A stretch of 63,240 nt of DNA, filler included, from Dimargaris cristalligena (taxonomy: Eukaryota): assembly GCA_003614675.1 (NCBI GenBank). It is 3 parts of 3 records of this genome, joined end to end, with 100 filler letters (N's around TTAATTAATTAA, not from the genome) between each part and the next. Parts side by side here need not be neighbours in the genome. Positions count along the whole stretch, not along the records: positions 21,175 to 42,167 come from ML002677.1; 2 more parts are not named here. One strand, 5' to 3'. The position numbers were made by a program, and so were the translations under genes. The notes below the pieces were generated by a model. That model searched no databases. It had not been told where the DNA came from and saw nothing but the letters and a program-made list of their open reading frames with translations. This document shows, in pieces, positions 26,401-39,779 of this stretch (the stretch's first letter is position 1; each line of letters starts with the position of its first letter).

Positions 26401-29303
26401 TAGTTGACCATACAGTCCTCCAGGGCCTTGATCAAACGACGCTGGATGTAACCGGTTTCGGCGGTCTTGACGGCCGTATCAATCAGACCTTCACGACCAC
26501 CCATAGCGTGGAAAAAGAACTCCTGGGGGGTCAGCCCGCGCAAGTACGAATTTTCAACGAAGCCCTTGGATTCGGGGCCGTAGTCGTCCTTGGCGAAGTG
26601 AGGCAGGGAGCGGTTCTTGAACCCAAAGGGGATTCGTTTACCCTCCACGTTTTGCTGTCCAACACAGGCCGTCATCTGGGACACGTTAATGTAACTACCC
26701 TTGGACCCGGATACCACCATCTGTCGCACGTTGTTGTCTTCCTTCAGGTTCTTTTGGGCACTCTTACCGGCGTCATCACGGGCTCGGTTGAGTTCCACGT
26801 TGACCTTGCTTTCGAACGACTCGCGGATAGTCATACCGGCCAGACACTCGAGCTGGTTCTGCTGGGCCGTATTGATAATCTCGTTGACTCGGTTCTTGGC
26901 GTTATTGATGGTTGTGGTAATGTACTCCGCGGTTCGTGGATCCGCAATGGTATCGCCAATACCGATACTAAAGCCGTTGTGAAGGAACCAGTAGTTAATC
27001 ACGGTTTGGGTACCGTTAAAGAACATTTTACAAGTCTCGGACCCCCGCTCCAGCATAATGACGTGAATTAAGCCGCTCTCGGAAGCGCCCACCGTCTTTT
27101 TACACACGATACCGGCCAGAAGCACACCGTCCTCAATGATGACCTTGGTGTCACCGGGGGAAATGTCGGTTTTCTCTTCGTCCGGATGGGTGGAGTGAAA
27201 ACGCGTACAATTGATGCCGGACGGAATCACCATACTGAAAATCTGTTTACCCGACCATAGCGGCTTGGGCTTGAGAATGCAAGGCTGGGGGATCAGGCCA
27301 TCCCAGTCAGGCACCCACAACATAAGGTTCATGACCATGTCGTAGTCCACGAAGGTGTCACGTTTAGTGAACCGGCGAAGAGCGCATAGGGTGTCCTGGA
27401 CGATACCCATGACAGGCTTGTTGGCCTGCGGGGACACGATATTCTTGGGAACCATGCAAATCTCACGGATTTCAGCCCGGGTCTCCTCCGACTGAGGCAC
27501 GTGGAGATTCATTTCATCCCCGTCGAAATCGGCGTTATAGGGTGAGGTGACGGACAGGTTCAGACGGAAGGTGGAGTAGGGCATGACCCGGATACGGTGA
27601 CCCATCATCGACATTTTGTGCAAAGACGGCTGCCGGTTGAAAATGACCAAATCGCCCGAGATCAGGTGACGCTCGACTCGCCAGCCATATTGTAGGGGGA
27701 TTTCATTACCCAGTTTGTTATAGCGAAGATCGATACGTTCGCCATTTTCACGCACCACGTACTTGGCACCTGGGTGTTGATTAGGTCCGTTGCGCACACA
27801 TTCCTGCATTTGGGCGATATTGTACGGCGTGACCAACTCAGGGTAGGTCAAGTTACGGGCAATACTACGGGGTACACCCACTTCATCAATCGATAAGTTA
27901 GGATCACCCGTAATAACCGTACGGGCGGAGAAGTCCACCCGCTTACCCATTAAATTACCACGAAGCCGACCTTCCTTACCCTTGAGGCGGGCACGGATGG
28001 ATTTGAGGGGACGGCCGGATTTCTGGAGGGCCTGTGGGATCCCGGATGCGTCGTTATTCATGTACGTCGCAATATGGAACTGGAGCAGCTGCTCAAACTC
28101 TTCGACTACGTGCTGTGGGGCGCCCTCGGTCTCGCAGCCCTTGACGCGTTGGTTAGCCTTGAGAATATCGCTCAACTTATGGGTCAAATCGTCCTCACCG
28201 CGACTGGTGCCGTCCATCTGAATACTGGGGCGTACGGCGGGTGGGGGAACGGGGAGAACGGTGATAAGCATCCACTCGGGACGGGCCCAATCGGGTGAGA
28301 GACCCAGGTCGATCAGGTCGCGGTCGGAAATACGCTTAAGGATCTGGATGGCCATGGCGGCTGACACGTTCACCTTGCTTTCGGTGACAGTGCCATCCTC
28401 ATTTTTGGTTTTAAGCACCGTGGACAGCCGCAGGCCCTCCTTACGGATCACGGGATGGATCTGCCCGCAGGCTTCCGGGATGTCGAATGGGGCGGCGGGC
28501 TTAGCCATGGGGCCTTCGTCCTTCTTGTCGCCGTCGAGGTCGGTAATTGTGGCCTCGCAGCGCTTTTTGCCGTTGCAGAGCGCGTGGATATCCTTGAGCC
28601 GGCGCTTGGGGTCACGTAGTTTGCGGGCCCGTACGAATCGGATATCACCGGCATCAATCTTCAGACGGGAACAGTGAAAGCACACGCATTCGAGGATTTT
28701 TTTGATTTTGACGATAAACCCAATGTGGTAGACGGGACGGGCCAGTTCGACGTGGCCAAAATGACCGGGGCATTCGGTCATATTCTCGCTACAGGTCTGG
28801 CACTTAAAGTTACGGTCGATGGTCCCTAGGCGCGGATCCAGCAAACCGTTCACCTTTAGCTTTTGGGTACCTTCCTCCATAATCTCAGGGTGCTCGATCT
28901 GAACCACCGACATGGCTTTCTGAAGATGGGGAAACCGGCGGGGTCGTCAGCGAAAAGAGAAACATGAGGGGATCATAAAAAGCATAGGAAGTTGGGGAAA
29001 GAAAGGTACGGTCGCGGTTTTCCGTGACCATCAAATACGAAACGAAGTAGGGCAAAGTCGTTTAGCTAATGCTGGGGGTAGCAAGCCGGGGCCCATGTGG
29101 CCTTGTAATGCCATCGCACTCGCATGGAGGGATACATTGGCACCCATTCAGTACCACAGTGGTATCGATCATTGGGGGATATGATAAGATAGTTAGATTA
29201 AACCACAACTTACAATCTCATCCGGGGATAGAATACCGAACTGGATATAGTTTACTCTCCGGAGGGGTGCCGGAGAGTGAGCGAACTGATAGCTCATACT
29301 CAT
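23469..29303 (-). CDS. RPB1: RNA polymerase II largest subunit, 2 exons (29303-29214, 28919-23469)
   Basis: Exon 1 [37 protein letters not shown] active site; ECPGHFGH; C-terminal YSPTSPS heptads. Confidence 0.99.
23703..24206 (-). repeat. RPB1 CTD: 24 contiguous heptads (21-nt period)
   Basis: YSPTSPS array with variants [21 protein letters not shown] and YSATSPS, flanked by degenerate heptads. Confidence 0.95.
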
Positions 29304-32053
29304 CTTGACCAATGGGGTGCGACCGATGAACGCGACGATGTAACGAACAGCGATGGGCTAGACGGGGCGGGGAAACCGATGACCGGGATGATGGGGCTTG
29401 GAGTAGGGGGTGGTGAAAAGGGACGTCGCGGGGAAAGAGATCGTTGATGGGCACAAAGAGGACTCGCTAGAGGAGTGAGGTCGCGCTTCGGTAAGATAAA
29501 TTATTAAAGGCAGGCGTCGTCAATAGACGAGACGATCACGCGTGCGTTGGAACCAAAAACGAATGGCTAAGTGGCGCGGTACTGTTTTCTAACAGAAGCA
29601 CTAGAGTACAAGTGAACTAGACGTTGGCTTTCTAGGGAAGAATAAAGGACGACGATCAAGTAAAGAATCGAGCGTCCTTTGCGGCGGGGCTAAGATTATC
29701 TATTTATGACGAAAGCGAGATATAGAGCAGGAACACAAAAACGTGACGAGAAGAAAAATAAGGATGCGTAGAAATAGAAGGGAAGAAAGAAAAAGAGAGA
29801 GACCACTGAAGGGAGTCACTCGTGTAGTGATATATAGTGGCAGGGCTAACAGATACCGCGGAATACTCTGGAGGAACGGGGCTTTCCAAAGAAAGTAGGT
29901 TGGTTTAAAGGGAAGTGGATATGGTGAAGGGAGAAGGCGTTTCGTGGAAACCGCCGAGGTTAATTATATATCCCTATAAGAACTAATTATATATAATAGA
30001 GTAGGTTATAAGTATGAAGTAGTATTATTTTTGGGTATTTTTTTGAAGAGCTGAAATAATGATGCTGAAATGGAATCGGTTAGAAGGTTCGTTGATTGAA
30101 GCGACGAACCTTTCTACCCGTGTATATGTATGTATGTATGTGTGTTTAAAACCCTTTGACTTCCAGAATCCTGTGCAATCCCGTAACATGTAACGGCGAA
30201 AAGTCGAAATGAAAGAGATTCGAACAAGAACGAAAGCAAAGCAACAGCACCGCATATACACCCAGCCAGCCCACCCGGCCCCCCTATATACCCTCAGGCT
30301 GGGTGTGGAGCATAAAGTGGGTGGGAGGGCAGCAGGGAAATGTTCCACTCGTCCAAATCATAATAGATTCGCAGCACCGGCGGTCCATCCAGGTAAGAGG
30401 TGCATTCAGTGTAGTAAGGGTGAGTGGAAGCGTGTGGAAGAGCCTGAGTGGCCCCCAGAGGAGGGTAGGGGAGCAGCAGCCAATCACACGACGTTAAGGC
30501 GTTCTGTTGATCTTCTATTGTGGTGAGCCTAATATAGACTGCGCATTCCCATTGGCACGGTCACCGCCCCCCTTATGGTTCCCGTTTCACTCGTTACCAT
30601 ATAAATAGGCTGCCCCCGCCCGCCCTCCTTTCATTGTGTTCTATAATTCTCTTGTCGTTTTTATTTCTCTAGTTCGTTTTCAGTAGTTGTTCTTATCCTA
30701 CCTCGTGTTTCTTATATTCTTCTCTGCTGTACCTCTCGTTAGACACCCATATTGCCTAGGTTCGCCGGAGGTGTAGATGGTTTTGAGTAAGAGAGCGCTG
30801 CTTTGATTTTGACCACTATTCGAGTAGGGCTGACAATGTAGTGGCATTAAGGCGGAAACAACAACCAAATGACAGGCATATCTTGGAGATGGGGAACCCT
30901 TCTTAGTGAGAGGCCAAGCTGCGCAAGGGAGATTGAATGATGGAAATAGAACAGTGTACCACGGGGCAGTAGTTGGTCAGTGTAATATTGTAGGTGGCAG
31001 TTTCAGCTGGTCACTTAATTTACCAATTTATGAGTGGGGGGTGTATGGGGTTAAATGCTACTCACTTACGCATATGGTCACTAACCCTGTAAATTTTTGG
31101 AGGGCATACAGCAATAATCGATCTCTGAGGACTTTCAATGCCCACTATTTGGGTAGCTCGTTAATATTATACCTGCCTTCCAGATTGACAATGACTATTG
31201 ACAGGCGTGTCGAAACAGTCTGAGCTACGCCATAGTTCTGTTCAACTGATTAGGACTGCTTACTACCTAACTATCGGTGAGCAACCCTGGCGTACAAATC
31301 TCTTTTTAATTCAAACTATTATCGAAAAACACCCACTAGCTATCATATAATTATTCCCACCAGTTCTATAGATATGTCCAGGTTACCAGTCAAATTCTTT
31401 TACTGTCGATCATTGTAACAGCTGCTGCTAATAAGTCGTGGTTTTCTAAACCTTCTTCTTACTAGGATTACTGGCGGACTCTTGCATTAATTAGTACTGT
31501 ATAAATGGTCAATTATAGCATTCCATTACTTTAGCCGACTTGCCCATGTCCGCTACATATTCTGGGCATTTATATTTAAACCTCTTTTGTCTACCCCAAA
31601 TGTTTGGTTACGAATATTTTGTATTTTACACATTCTTTAAAAGAGCCCACAAAATTTAAACTATTAATATACCAAATGATAATGCCCATACTTGAAACAC
31701 CTCGTTTCCCTGCAATTGTGGAGCAACTTGCCCAATCTATTCATAGAGCCCTCAAATATATCCCCATATATAGAGGATGACATGTGAACCGACTAAACGG
31801 TGGGCGTTATTTCCTTATCTCAAATGATTCAAGTAGGAGACTTCTATTGGAATGATGGTGTTGATCGAAAACTAACGTATAATTTTACATTATGTTACTA
31901 ATGCTAAAGTTACCTAGGAATACACTTTTATAATCGCTGTCAACAAAAATAAAATAAAGAATCAACCCTGTTTTATTGTAGTTAGTCGCATCGAACAATG
32001 CAAATATACAATGGGCCAATGCCAAAAGTCTAGACTGTGCATGGAGGGGTGGG

Positions 32054-32815
32054 CTACCGGTCCTTTACCTCCTCGGCCCAGTCTAGCACCACCTGAGGAT
32101 CCTCATTTTTTACTGAAAGCCGTTGGAACCGAATCTCATTGGGTATATGGTCAAACTTAAAGTCCTGCCCTTCGAACCCCAAATACTCGGCCGCCCCACT
32201 CGACGCGTCGGCATCCCCCTCGGACTCGTGCGATTCCAAAGCAGCACTACGAGTCGTACGCAGCCGATTCATTTCGGTTTCGAGCATTTTTTTTACCGTA
32301 GCAACGGGTGCCGCCGTGAACAGGTCCACCTTGTTACAGAGTACGAGAATGGGGGGAGGGCTCCGGGCTGCCCCGATGGCCGGGTGAACGAGCACGTCAT
32401 AGAGGGCCATGGCAACATCCCGTACATTGCGGGCCAACTGTGCACTATCCAGAACGAACACTAGCCCTCGGGCCGAAGCCAATTGATCCTGATACTGGGG
32501 TCGGAGTCGGAAGTGGCCCGGAATGTCAACGAAACGGACCGCGTTGGTTCCGGTATGGGCATTATCTGTAGAGCTACTCCGTGGTGAGGCGAACTGGTTG
32601 GATTCCATGGAGGTGTGGGTGGGCAGGATTCGACCAAACTCCAGCTTGGTCAACAGGGCGGTCTTGCCGGCGTCTGAAATCCCCAGGATGAGAAAATCAT
32701 TGCCTGATGAACGGGTCGAGATCCGCTGGCGGAGGACGAGGAATGCAATCGAAGCCACCAAGATGAGTAAGGCCAGAATAAGGCTATAGCCGCTGGGCAG
32801 AGAGGACCACTCCAT
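32054..32815 (-). CDS. SRPRB: Signal recognition particle receptor beta subunit
   Basis: N-terminal TM helix, GISDAGKT, PTHTSME, VDIPGHFRLR, LCNKVDL, LETEMNRLRTTRS, YLG..G..FKF. Confidence 0.92.
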   Translation of the reverse strand: MEWSSLPSGYSLILALLILVASIAFLVLRQRISTRSSGNDFLILGISDAGKTALLTKLEFGRILPTHTSMESNQFASPRSSSTDNAHTGTNAVRFVDIPGHFRLRPQYQDQLASARGLVFVLDSAQLARNVRDVAMALYDVLVHPAIGAARSPPPILVLCNKVDLFTAAPVATVKKMLETEMNRLRTTRSAALESHESEGDADASSGAAEYLGFEGQDFKFDHIPNEIRFQRLSVKNEDPQVVLDWAEEVKDR

Positions 32816-33082
32816 GTTGGTAGATGGCGTTGAAAAGAACTAATTACACTAATGAAGAACGTTTAGGAAAAGAGACGGGGTGAACCCAGGTGGAATTACA
32901 GGTTAGGCACAATAGGGAGAGAATGTGGGTGTATGGTGGAAGTTTAGCTGAGGGGTTCCCCATCAATTTTCTCCATACTATGGAGGCCACACAGTGGAAG
33001 TGAGAGTATCGACGCATCCTAGAAATGCGAGAGTTCAAAATAGCCAAGTATGGCGGTCATGTAGGGCAGACCTCCATCAATG

Positions 33083-33220
33083 ATATGGGAGAAGTTCATT
33101 CAGGCTGTATCATGAAAAATCCATTGGATGAGGCCAATATTACTAGTTAAAAGGTATTCTCACATATTCGTTCATACACGTATTATGTAAAACCTTATAC
33201 AGCTGGTTTGAATTTCATCC
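33083..33220 (+). repeat. Dispersed repeat copy 1 (contains 21-codon micro-ORF 33085-33150)
   Basis: Aligns with 34142-34281 over ~140 nt and with 45719-45789 over ~70 nt. Confidence 0.85.
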
Positions 33221-34141
33221 GTATGAACTAAATCAACTATACTCACAACAAGAGCTTTCGGGTCCGTCAGTACAACCTATTCAACTTAATAGTTAAAGGT
33301 ATTGCTATTTAATACAGAAATATGGTGCCGGACAGTTTGGGTTCACCAGCTCTAAGGAAACCCCCTTAAATAGCTTAGCGCACCTAAGCCGAATTTCAAT
33401 ATCGCATTTTTTCGACCCATCAATGGGGCAAAACCTCACAAAGCGGCTAATGCGTAAAAGGCAGAAATTCCCAATGTTCAGGTACACTATTGAGGCTTTC
33501 CAGGAATTGAGTCCGAACCGAGTACCGTGGGCCATTTTGTTTGGCGAGTCACAGGTGGGTTCACGAAATAATACTGCCGGTATTGGAAGTAACTATATAT
33601 CTCCATACGGTCGAGATCCGTCATTTTTACAGCTTAGTTATCGTGGCACATTATGTGGAGTTGGTATTCACATCCAAATGGCGGGCTTAATACCGCACCT
33701 GGATGCTACGCTGCTTTCTACCATCAGCACATAGCCCAACGCTTTAAACGGACCATAGCACCTATAAATAACACATTGGTCAGTCTTGTCTAACCTATAT
33801 TATACCGTATAGTACACTACTAAGCCGAGTAGCCACTCCACCTCTGTTTCAGGAGACCGCCATCTACGTCGTTATTAAATACTAGGCCCATTAAACTGCC
33901 TTGTGATCAGTAGTTGGTTGCAATATCAATGTCTACGCCGAGACCAGGGGTGGCAGCAATCTCTAAGAGAAGTGAATGAGTCCTTATTAATAACTCCAGA
34001 CTCACCACTGCAACCCCGACATGAATATTAGCCTTATGCCTGGTATTGTTAATAGGATTTATAACACGCGACTCGTTAGTTCGATTGGCACTATCGCCGC
34101 CTGATTTTGGGCGGCTTAATTTACTAGACTAGCTATTGTCC

Positions 34142-34281
34142 ATATGGGAGTAGTTCATTCAGGCTGTATAACGAAAAATCCATTAGATGGGGCCAATATT
34201 ACTGGTTAAAAGCTACTCACCCACATACTCTCCCATACACAAATCATGTAAAACTTTATACAGTTGGCTTGAATTTCACCC
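34142..34281 (+). repeat. Dispersed repeat copy 2 (micro-ORF 34144-34209)
   Basis: atatgggagtagttcattcaggctgtataacgaaaaatccattagatgg matches copy 1. Confidence 0.85.
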
Positions 34282-34641
34282 ATGTAACGACATTATTGGT
34301 CCTGTTGTAATTTACCAAACCGGGAGGACGGTAGCGCACTTGTTCAACCATCTAATGCCAGCCCATTTCCATTATACACCGACCTCTCTACCTAACCATG
34401 GGTAGCCTTATTCGCACATTAAAGCGGGAATTGGTTGAGCCATATACGGCCATACGAAGGGTCTTAAAAGTGGGTAGATTATCTACTTACCCGAGGTATT
34501 TATGCGGCAACACCCCAGTAGTATGTAAGGTTTGAATCGGTCAACCAAGCTGTCCCGAAGGATTTGAGGCTCGGTATGCCATTTTTAGCTGCTTCCACCT
34601 ATGTATCGGCATTTCCCTGCGGATAGGCGAATAATTCACAC

Positions 34642-34854
34642 CCGGCCACTCTCCAGGTCGCTTATGTCAACGGGGAGAGGGGGAGGTAAGATCAGTGCCC
34701 TACTCCCGACCGTGTCGCATCTATCAAACTTGAATTATAGGGAACGTGGGAGTTGCGAAGGGAGATGCGAATGCGTAAACGGGTGAACTTTCTCCCCAAT
34801 CGAGTGACAACCGGCCGACCCATGCGGCCTGTTTAAGCAGAGTGTATTTTTTTT
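34642..34854 (+). ncRNA. Candidate structured RNA (nested helices ending in a T8 run); family not recognised
   Basis: Complementary pairs 34642-34651/34802-34814, 34672-34678/34791-34797, 34681-34685/34703-34707, 34715-34722/34763-34770, 34813-34817/34825-34829; T8 at 34847-34854. Confidence 0.3.
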
Positions 34855-36859
34855 ACTAAAGTAACATATCAATACATTGTGTCCGGTATGGAATGTTCTC
34901 CAACGACCATTCGGGGGACCAAGTACATTTCCGAGTGGAAGGCACGAGAGGGGCTGGCTCTTGGAGCCGTAAGTTCCCCCGTTTCCTGCGTCTCTATTGG
35001 TAACTCAACCCCCGTCGACTTTTCCGGACCGTAAGACCATGGGTGCAGACATGCAGAGAAAAACCAAGGGAAGTGTCTAGAGGCACTATTTTTCACAAAT
35101 TAAAACCATGAGTCTCGTTTCAGATCGATTCATTGGTACAGACAGAACTTCCCGGATTCCCAGCCGCCGCATACTCTTTGGTTGGCCTGGAATTGTGAAT
35201 TCACTACGAATAATTTGCTTTGCGAATACACAAGAGAAATGCGGAATATCTGTTAATAGAGTGCGGTACTTGCTACACTTTCACCGGAAACTTTTTTCTC
35301 ATGCGAACAGGGGAGAGGACTGTCCCTATTTATGGGGCTCTTGATTTGTAGATAATAGTACCACAAGGTCCTGCCTTTTTAATCTAAATTATTACATTTC
35401 ACATTGGGGTTCCTACATATCCAAGTGAGTATGGCCATTCCCTGTCACTAACTTGGAATGGAAAGTTCGATGGTTTTGACACGGGATACCAGTTATTTTT
35501 TGTGAAGTTGGCTTCCCTCCGTTATCATCGCTATAGAAGGCTGGCCGGGATTTCCGATATATTAAATGGCAAATGGGCGATTCCATGAGTAGTGTACATT
35601 CTCACCAGTGCGAGAAAGCAAACCAACCCCATCTATTATGAGACTTCCCATTTCCCGGGTCTATTATTCAAAGATTTCGGTCAAAAGATATCAGTGCCGC
35701 TGTACGGCAAAAAAAAACTAGTTTGAAGGGCCAAGTTTTACGGGTGGAAAAGTAACACCCCGCCTGTTATATCTTTGGTATTTTATTTGATGCCACGTAG
35801 AGCTATGTCGAATTTCGTCCTAATGAAACTCATTCCATTTTAATACACTATTAATACCCTGTCGTGTATACCAAGCGCTAGAGAGCCGTAAAGGCCCTCA
35901 TTGTCCACAGCCCGATTGAATTGCTGAACGGCTTCATCCGTAAATAACGGCGCTCGATAACAAATTGGGGCAATTATGTTTTTTACGCCATGCCCCTTGA
36001 GAAACCATGCTTGTTGACTTGAATGGTCCCGTTAGTAATGTGATTATTTGGTACATACCGTAGCAGCGATCCTAGTCTCCTGTTGACCCGCTGCAGGGTT
36101 TTGACCAGCGGTCCAATCGGTTGCAGTGTTGGCGGATGGCTGTGCGCTCAATTCGGCTACACCAATGCAGGACCAGCGCCACTTCATAGATTCAGTATTC
36201 CAACCGCGATCCAAACACATAACGCGAATACTCACCATGGCTTGGTTTGCCATCTCGACCCCCCTCCTCTCTCCCCCTATCCCTATTTTTATTTCACTTC
36301 TTTTTTAGACAGGACGATAGTCTCACTTTGGATTAAAATAGTGGTAGCCCCCAAAAAACACATAAATCGTGGTGGACAGAGTAGGTCTTTCTCTGGGCCT
36401 TGGGATATTTTAAATCCCGACGACCTTCTGGTGTTAGTGATTGGTGATCGGAGTATGCCTGTTCAACCTCGTATACAGGTGTGTAACGATTGTTGGCTGT
36501 AAGTGGCTAGTCAATAAAAATACTTTCGCAAACTCTTTCATTGCTCTCTTCGTTGCCAACTTGGTTGTACGGCTTATAGCAATTATTATGAAGGAGAGAG
36601 CTCACCGATACCATCCTTTTAATATAAATATCTTGACAATCCCCGCTTCAATTTTTCCATCAAATCACTTCTCTATCTCTTTGGACTGGCCGTTCTTCAA
36701 GGTCTATATATTTTATCCAGGTTGTTTTTATCGTACTAGCGTTTATTCCACACTTTACCGCTCTATTAGACCACTATTTTCTGACACACTTGTGTATTTT
36801 TGGTTTTTCTGATTGTAGTTCCGCCGCCTTCTTAAGCCAGCTCACGAATTACCCCGAAG

Positions 36860-38941
36860 ATGCAGGTCAAGATCACTCTCTCACTCCTTGCCCTAGCGGC
36901 TTTAGCAGTAAATGCTACCCCGGGATCCTATGGAGGATACCAGTATGCCCAACAGCAACCATATGGACAATATCAATCTGTCCAACCGCACTAGTATGAA
37001 GAATACGATACCATGCAGTACCCTGCCGGCATCATTGACGACTACATGGGCGACAACTATGGTAATGGCTTTGGGCCTTCCGGCTACGAATCCTCGGGTC
37101 AGGTTTACGGACAGAATAACCAGTGATAGTATAACCAAGATCTGACCAATTACAATTACCAGTATGAACAAGGCTAAGCCTACCACCCTGCTCAGCGCTT
37201 GGCCTACGACCCTCGCGCTCGTTCGGGAGGTTATATGGTGGCACAGCCTTTGGCATACCACCACCAACCCATCCCCCACAATCAGCCCGGGGCGTACTTG
37301 AACCAACCTTTGTACCGTTCACGCCAAAACCACCCAAATATATCCCAGCAGAGCTACCAATCTAGACTGGATTTCGATTACCAACAACCGTTTGGAGGTA
37401 CTCAACCGAACGCGGGTGCCCAGCCGATAGGCCCTAATTATGGGTACAATCAGCCGCCGACAATCTCGGAAAATCCACCAAATGCCCAGTCGGACCAACC
37501 GACGGGACCACCCCAGATTCCCGTCCCCGAACACCACTACAAGGGTACCCTGTCAGAGCAGGCTTGGGTGTCAAATGAAGAGAAGAACAAGCAGTACCAG
37601 TCGTATGAGAATTTCCAGCAGCCTACTAGTGCCCACCAACCTCCACAATATTATGGGGAGAAGTACACATTCATGCCAGCCCAAGGGGAACGGCATGACG
37701 CTCCAACTCAAGCGGGCGAGGCCAGCAATTATTACAGCGGTATGGACTTTGGGCCGACAAATGAATTCGCCAACCAGGGCGAGTCACAGAAAATTTGGGA
37801 CCCCGAGAATCAAACGATAAATCAGCAACCGCTGGGTCAGACTTACCAGTTGTCTACTGGCGCCTACCCACCTCAACAGCATAATGGGCAGCCTGGGGGC
37901 GAGTACACGGCCGTAGAAGCCCAAGGCGGACCGAAAGATGCTTCCACTCAAACCGATGAGTTTGCCTATAATGACCAAAATGAGTTCAATCTGCCATTGA
38001 ATGAATCCACCAACCAGGATCAAGGGCTAGCCGTGGTGCAGGGTCTTTTACAGAACAGATTAGACAAAAAATATTCTGAGAGCGAACTTGATCCCTATAG
38101 TTTCTCTCATTTTGGCCCCAACGAGGCGTACCCACCCAAGTCCGTAAGTGAGGTGCCGCCCCCATTTGTTGTGCCTGAGGAGCCGGTGTCATCGATGGAT
38201 ACCATGTCTGAGAGCAAGGTACCCGGTGTGGTACTAGATAAATGGGAGTATCCTCTGCCTAACCCACTAGCCCACCAACCGATGCAGGCCGAGTCGTTCA
38301 GTCAGGCCAATATTACGGGTAACTATAGCCCTACCCTAAGCACCAGCGGATCTGACACCGAATACGTGTCCCCACACCTAGACAACGATGCAGTAGTGGA
38401 GAATAATGAACCTTACACTGCTCAGACACCGAATACTTCATCCGATATCAATTCGGAAGCCCCCCCTTCCAACCTGATATTGGAATATTTGAACGCAGAT
38501 ATCAGCGGCACTTCCCAGCATAGTAGTCAAAGTCATGGTCCCGAGCCACAGAAAACTAGGAACTTATTGAACGAACATCAGTCCTATAAGCCGGAGTTTG
38601 AAGACCCGGTAGATGCTCAGTCTGCTCAGGAGCCTTCTAGCCTCTCTCCCGTCATGAATACCGAAGCGAAGATGCTCGTCAATCAGAACAAAGGCGACCA
38701 TGTTAAACCCGTGGAAGACATCACTAAGTACGATTATGTCCCCGAGCGTAAACCTTCGAATACCAGCCTTTGGGGCCATCGTCTACCGGGACTTTCAAGT
38801 CGCTGGAGTCAACGAACCCCCCCTACAGATTCGAAAGCCCAGACCACCGCTGCACTGGATACTACCTCTGCGGCTACTGCCGCCCCGGCCCAGCCCCAAG
38901 GTTCGTCCTGGTGGGCCCCCTATTACAGTGCTAAAAACTAA
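36860..38941 (+). pseudogene. Secreted Gln/Tyr/Asn/Pro-rich protein gene (~693 codons) with four in-frame stops in its 5' part
   Basis: Signal peptide MQVKITLSLLALAALAVNA in frame with ORF 37199-38941; TAG 36992, TGA 37124, TAG 37127, TAA 37175. Confidence 0.75.
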
Positions 38942-39779
38942 TTGGGATTCACCTCGTCCAAATAAATCAACATACTGGGCTGTGGACTCCTCAGCGACCA
39001 CATATCTAGTCGATTAGTAGCATGTAATTGAGTTCCACTCTCCATTCTATTATTCCTAAATATTGCGACAATTTCACCCTATTTTCTTATATAGAATTCT
39101 TCAATCACCTCGTTTTTCTAAATTTTTTGTTTATTACCCCTACCAATTATCGACTCAAATTATAACAGTCAAAAAGAAACCTCTAAGTAGAATAAATATA
39201 TGTTTTTATAAGTAGCAACAGGTCAGACTTATCCCAGTCTCTATAATTAACAGAATTCCAATCGAGCACACAATTCCAATTTATTTCAAAGGTTCAACCT
39301 GTGACCTACATAGGTGGTAATTCTTACCGACTTGCAGGCAGTTTATCTGGCTGAAAGGATTATAAAATAACTAATATAGAAAATTGTATGCATAAACTTT
39401 GGCAGGGTACTGGCCTCATGCTGTTGGACTAGGAAAAAGGGGTGGTGAGTGCCATCTCCCTTTCATCACAGCATTATGTCATTGTGGTTGGCTCCCTTTA
39501 TGCAGAGGACATGTCATATATCAGACCAGGTGGGCCAGTTCTGGTGGTGGATGCAATTGTTGTTAAATTAATGGCAGGAATGGGCAGACAGAGAAAACAT
39601 GTTTTAGGGAAAATATAAAAAACCCAGTAATATTGTGTCAGCCAGGTTTACCACTCTTAGTCCATCAAGAGTCTTGGGAATAGGCTTCTAATGGTAGGTA
39701 GGGCTTAGGCTCAGCCAAGCAGGCTACTAATATTAGGGTGGGTGTAGTACTAACCAATAAAGAATAAGTGTAGGCAAAT

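Noticed and set aside
23483..28677. Long alternative-frame and antisense ORFs over RPB1 (e.g. 25821-27071, 23594-24367)
   Set aside because: Shadow ORFs caused by GC3-rich codon usage and the CTD repeat; no recognisable motifs
33085..33150. Hammerhead ribozyme or U2-like sequence in the dispersed repeat
   Set aside because: GAAA and TGGATGAG do not form the CUGANGA core with flanking stems; only an Sm-like AUUUUU is present, without U2 5' motifs
34442..34496. 5S rRNA-like (tacggccatac) and U1-like (tacttacc) words
   Set aside because: Matches stop after ~10 nt; downstream conserved elements are absent
36860..37198. Genome-wide stop-codon reassignment (TAA/TAG=Gln)
   Set aside because: Conserved genes terminate at the expected places with TAA (AVL9, RPB1, GIM4), TAG (QPCT, SRPRB, GCN3) and TGA (RTEL1, CDC43), and have no internal stops
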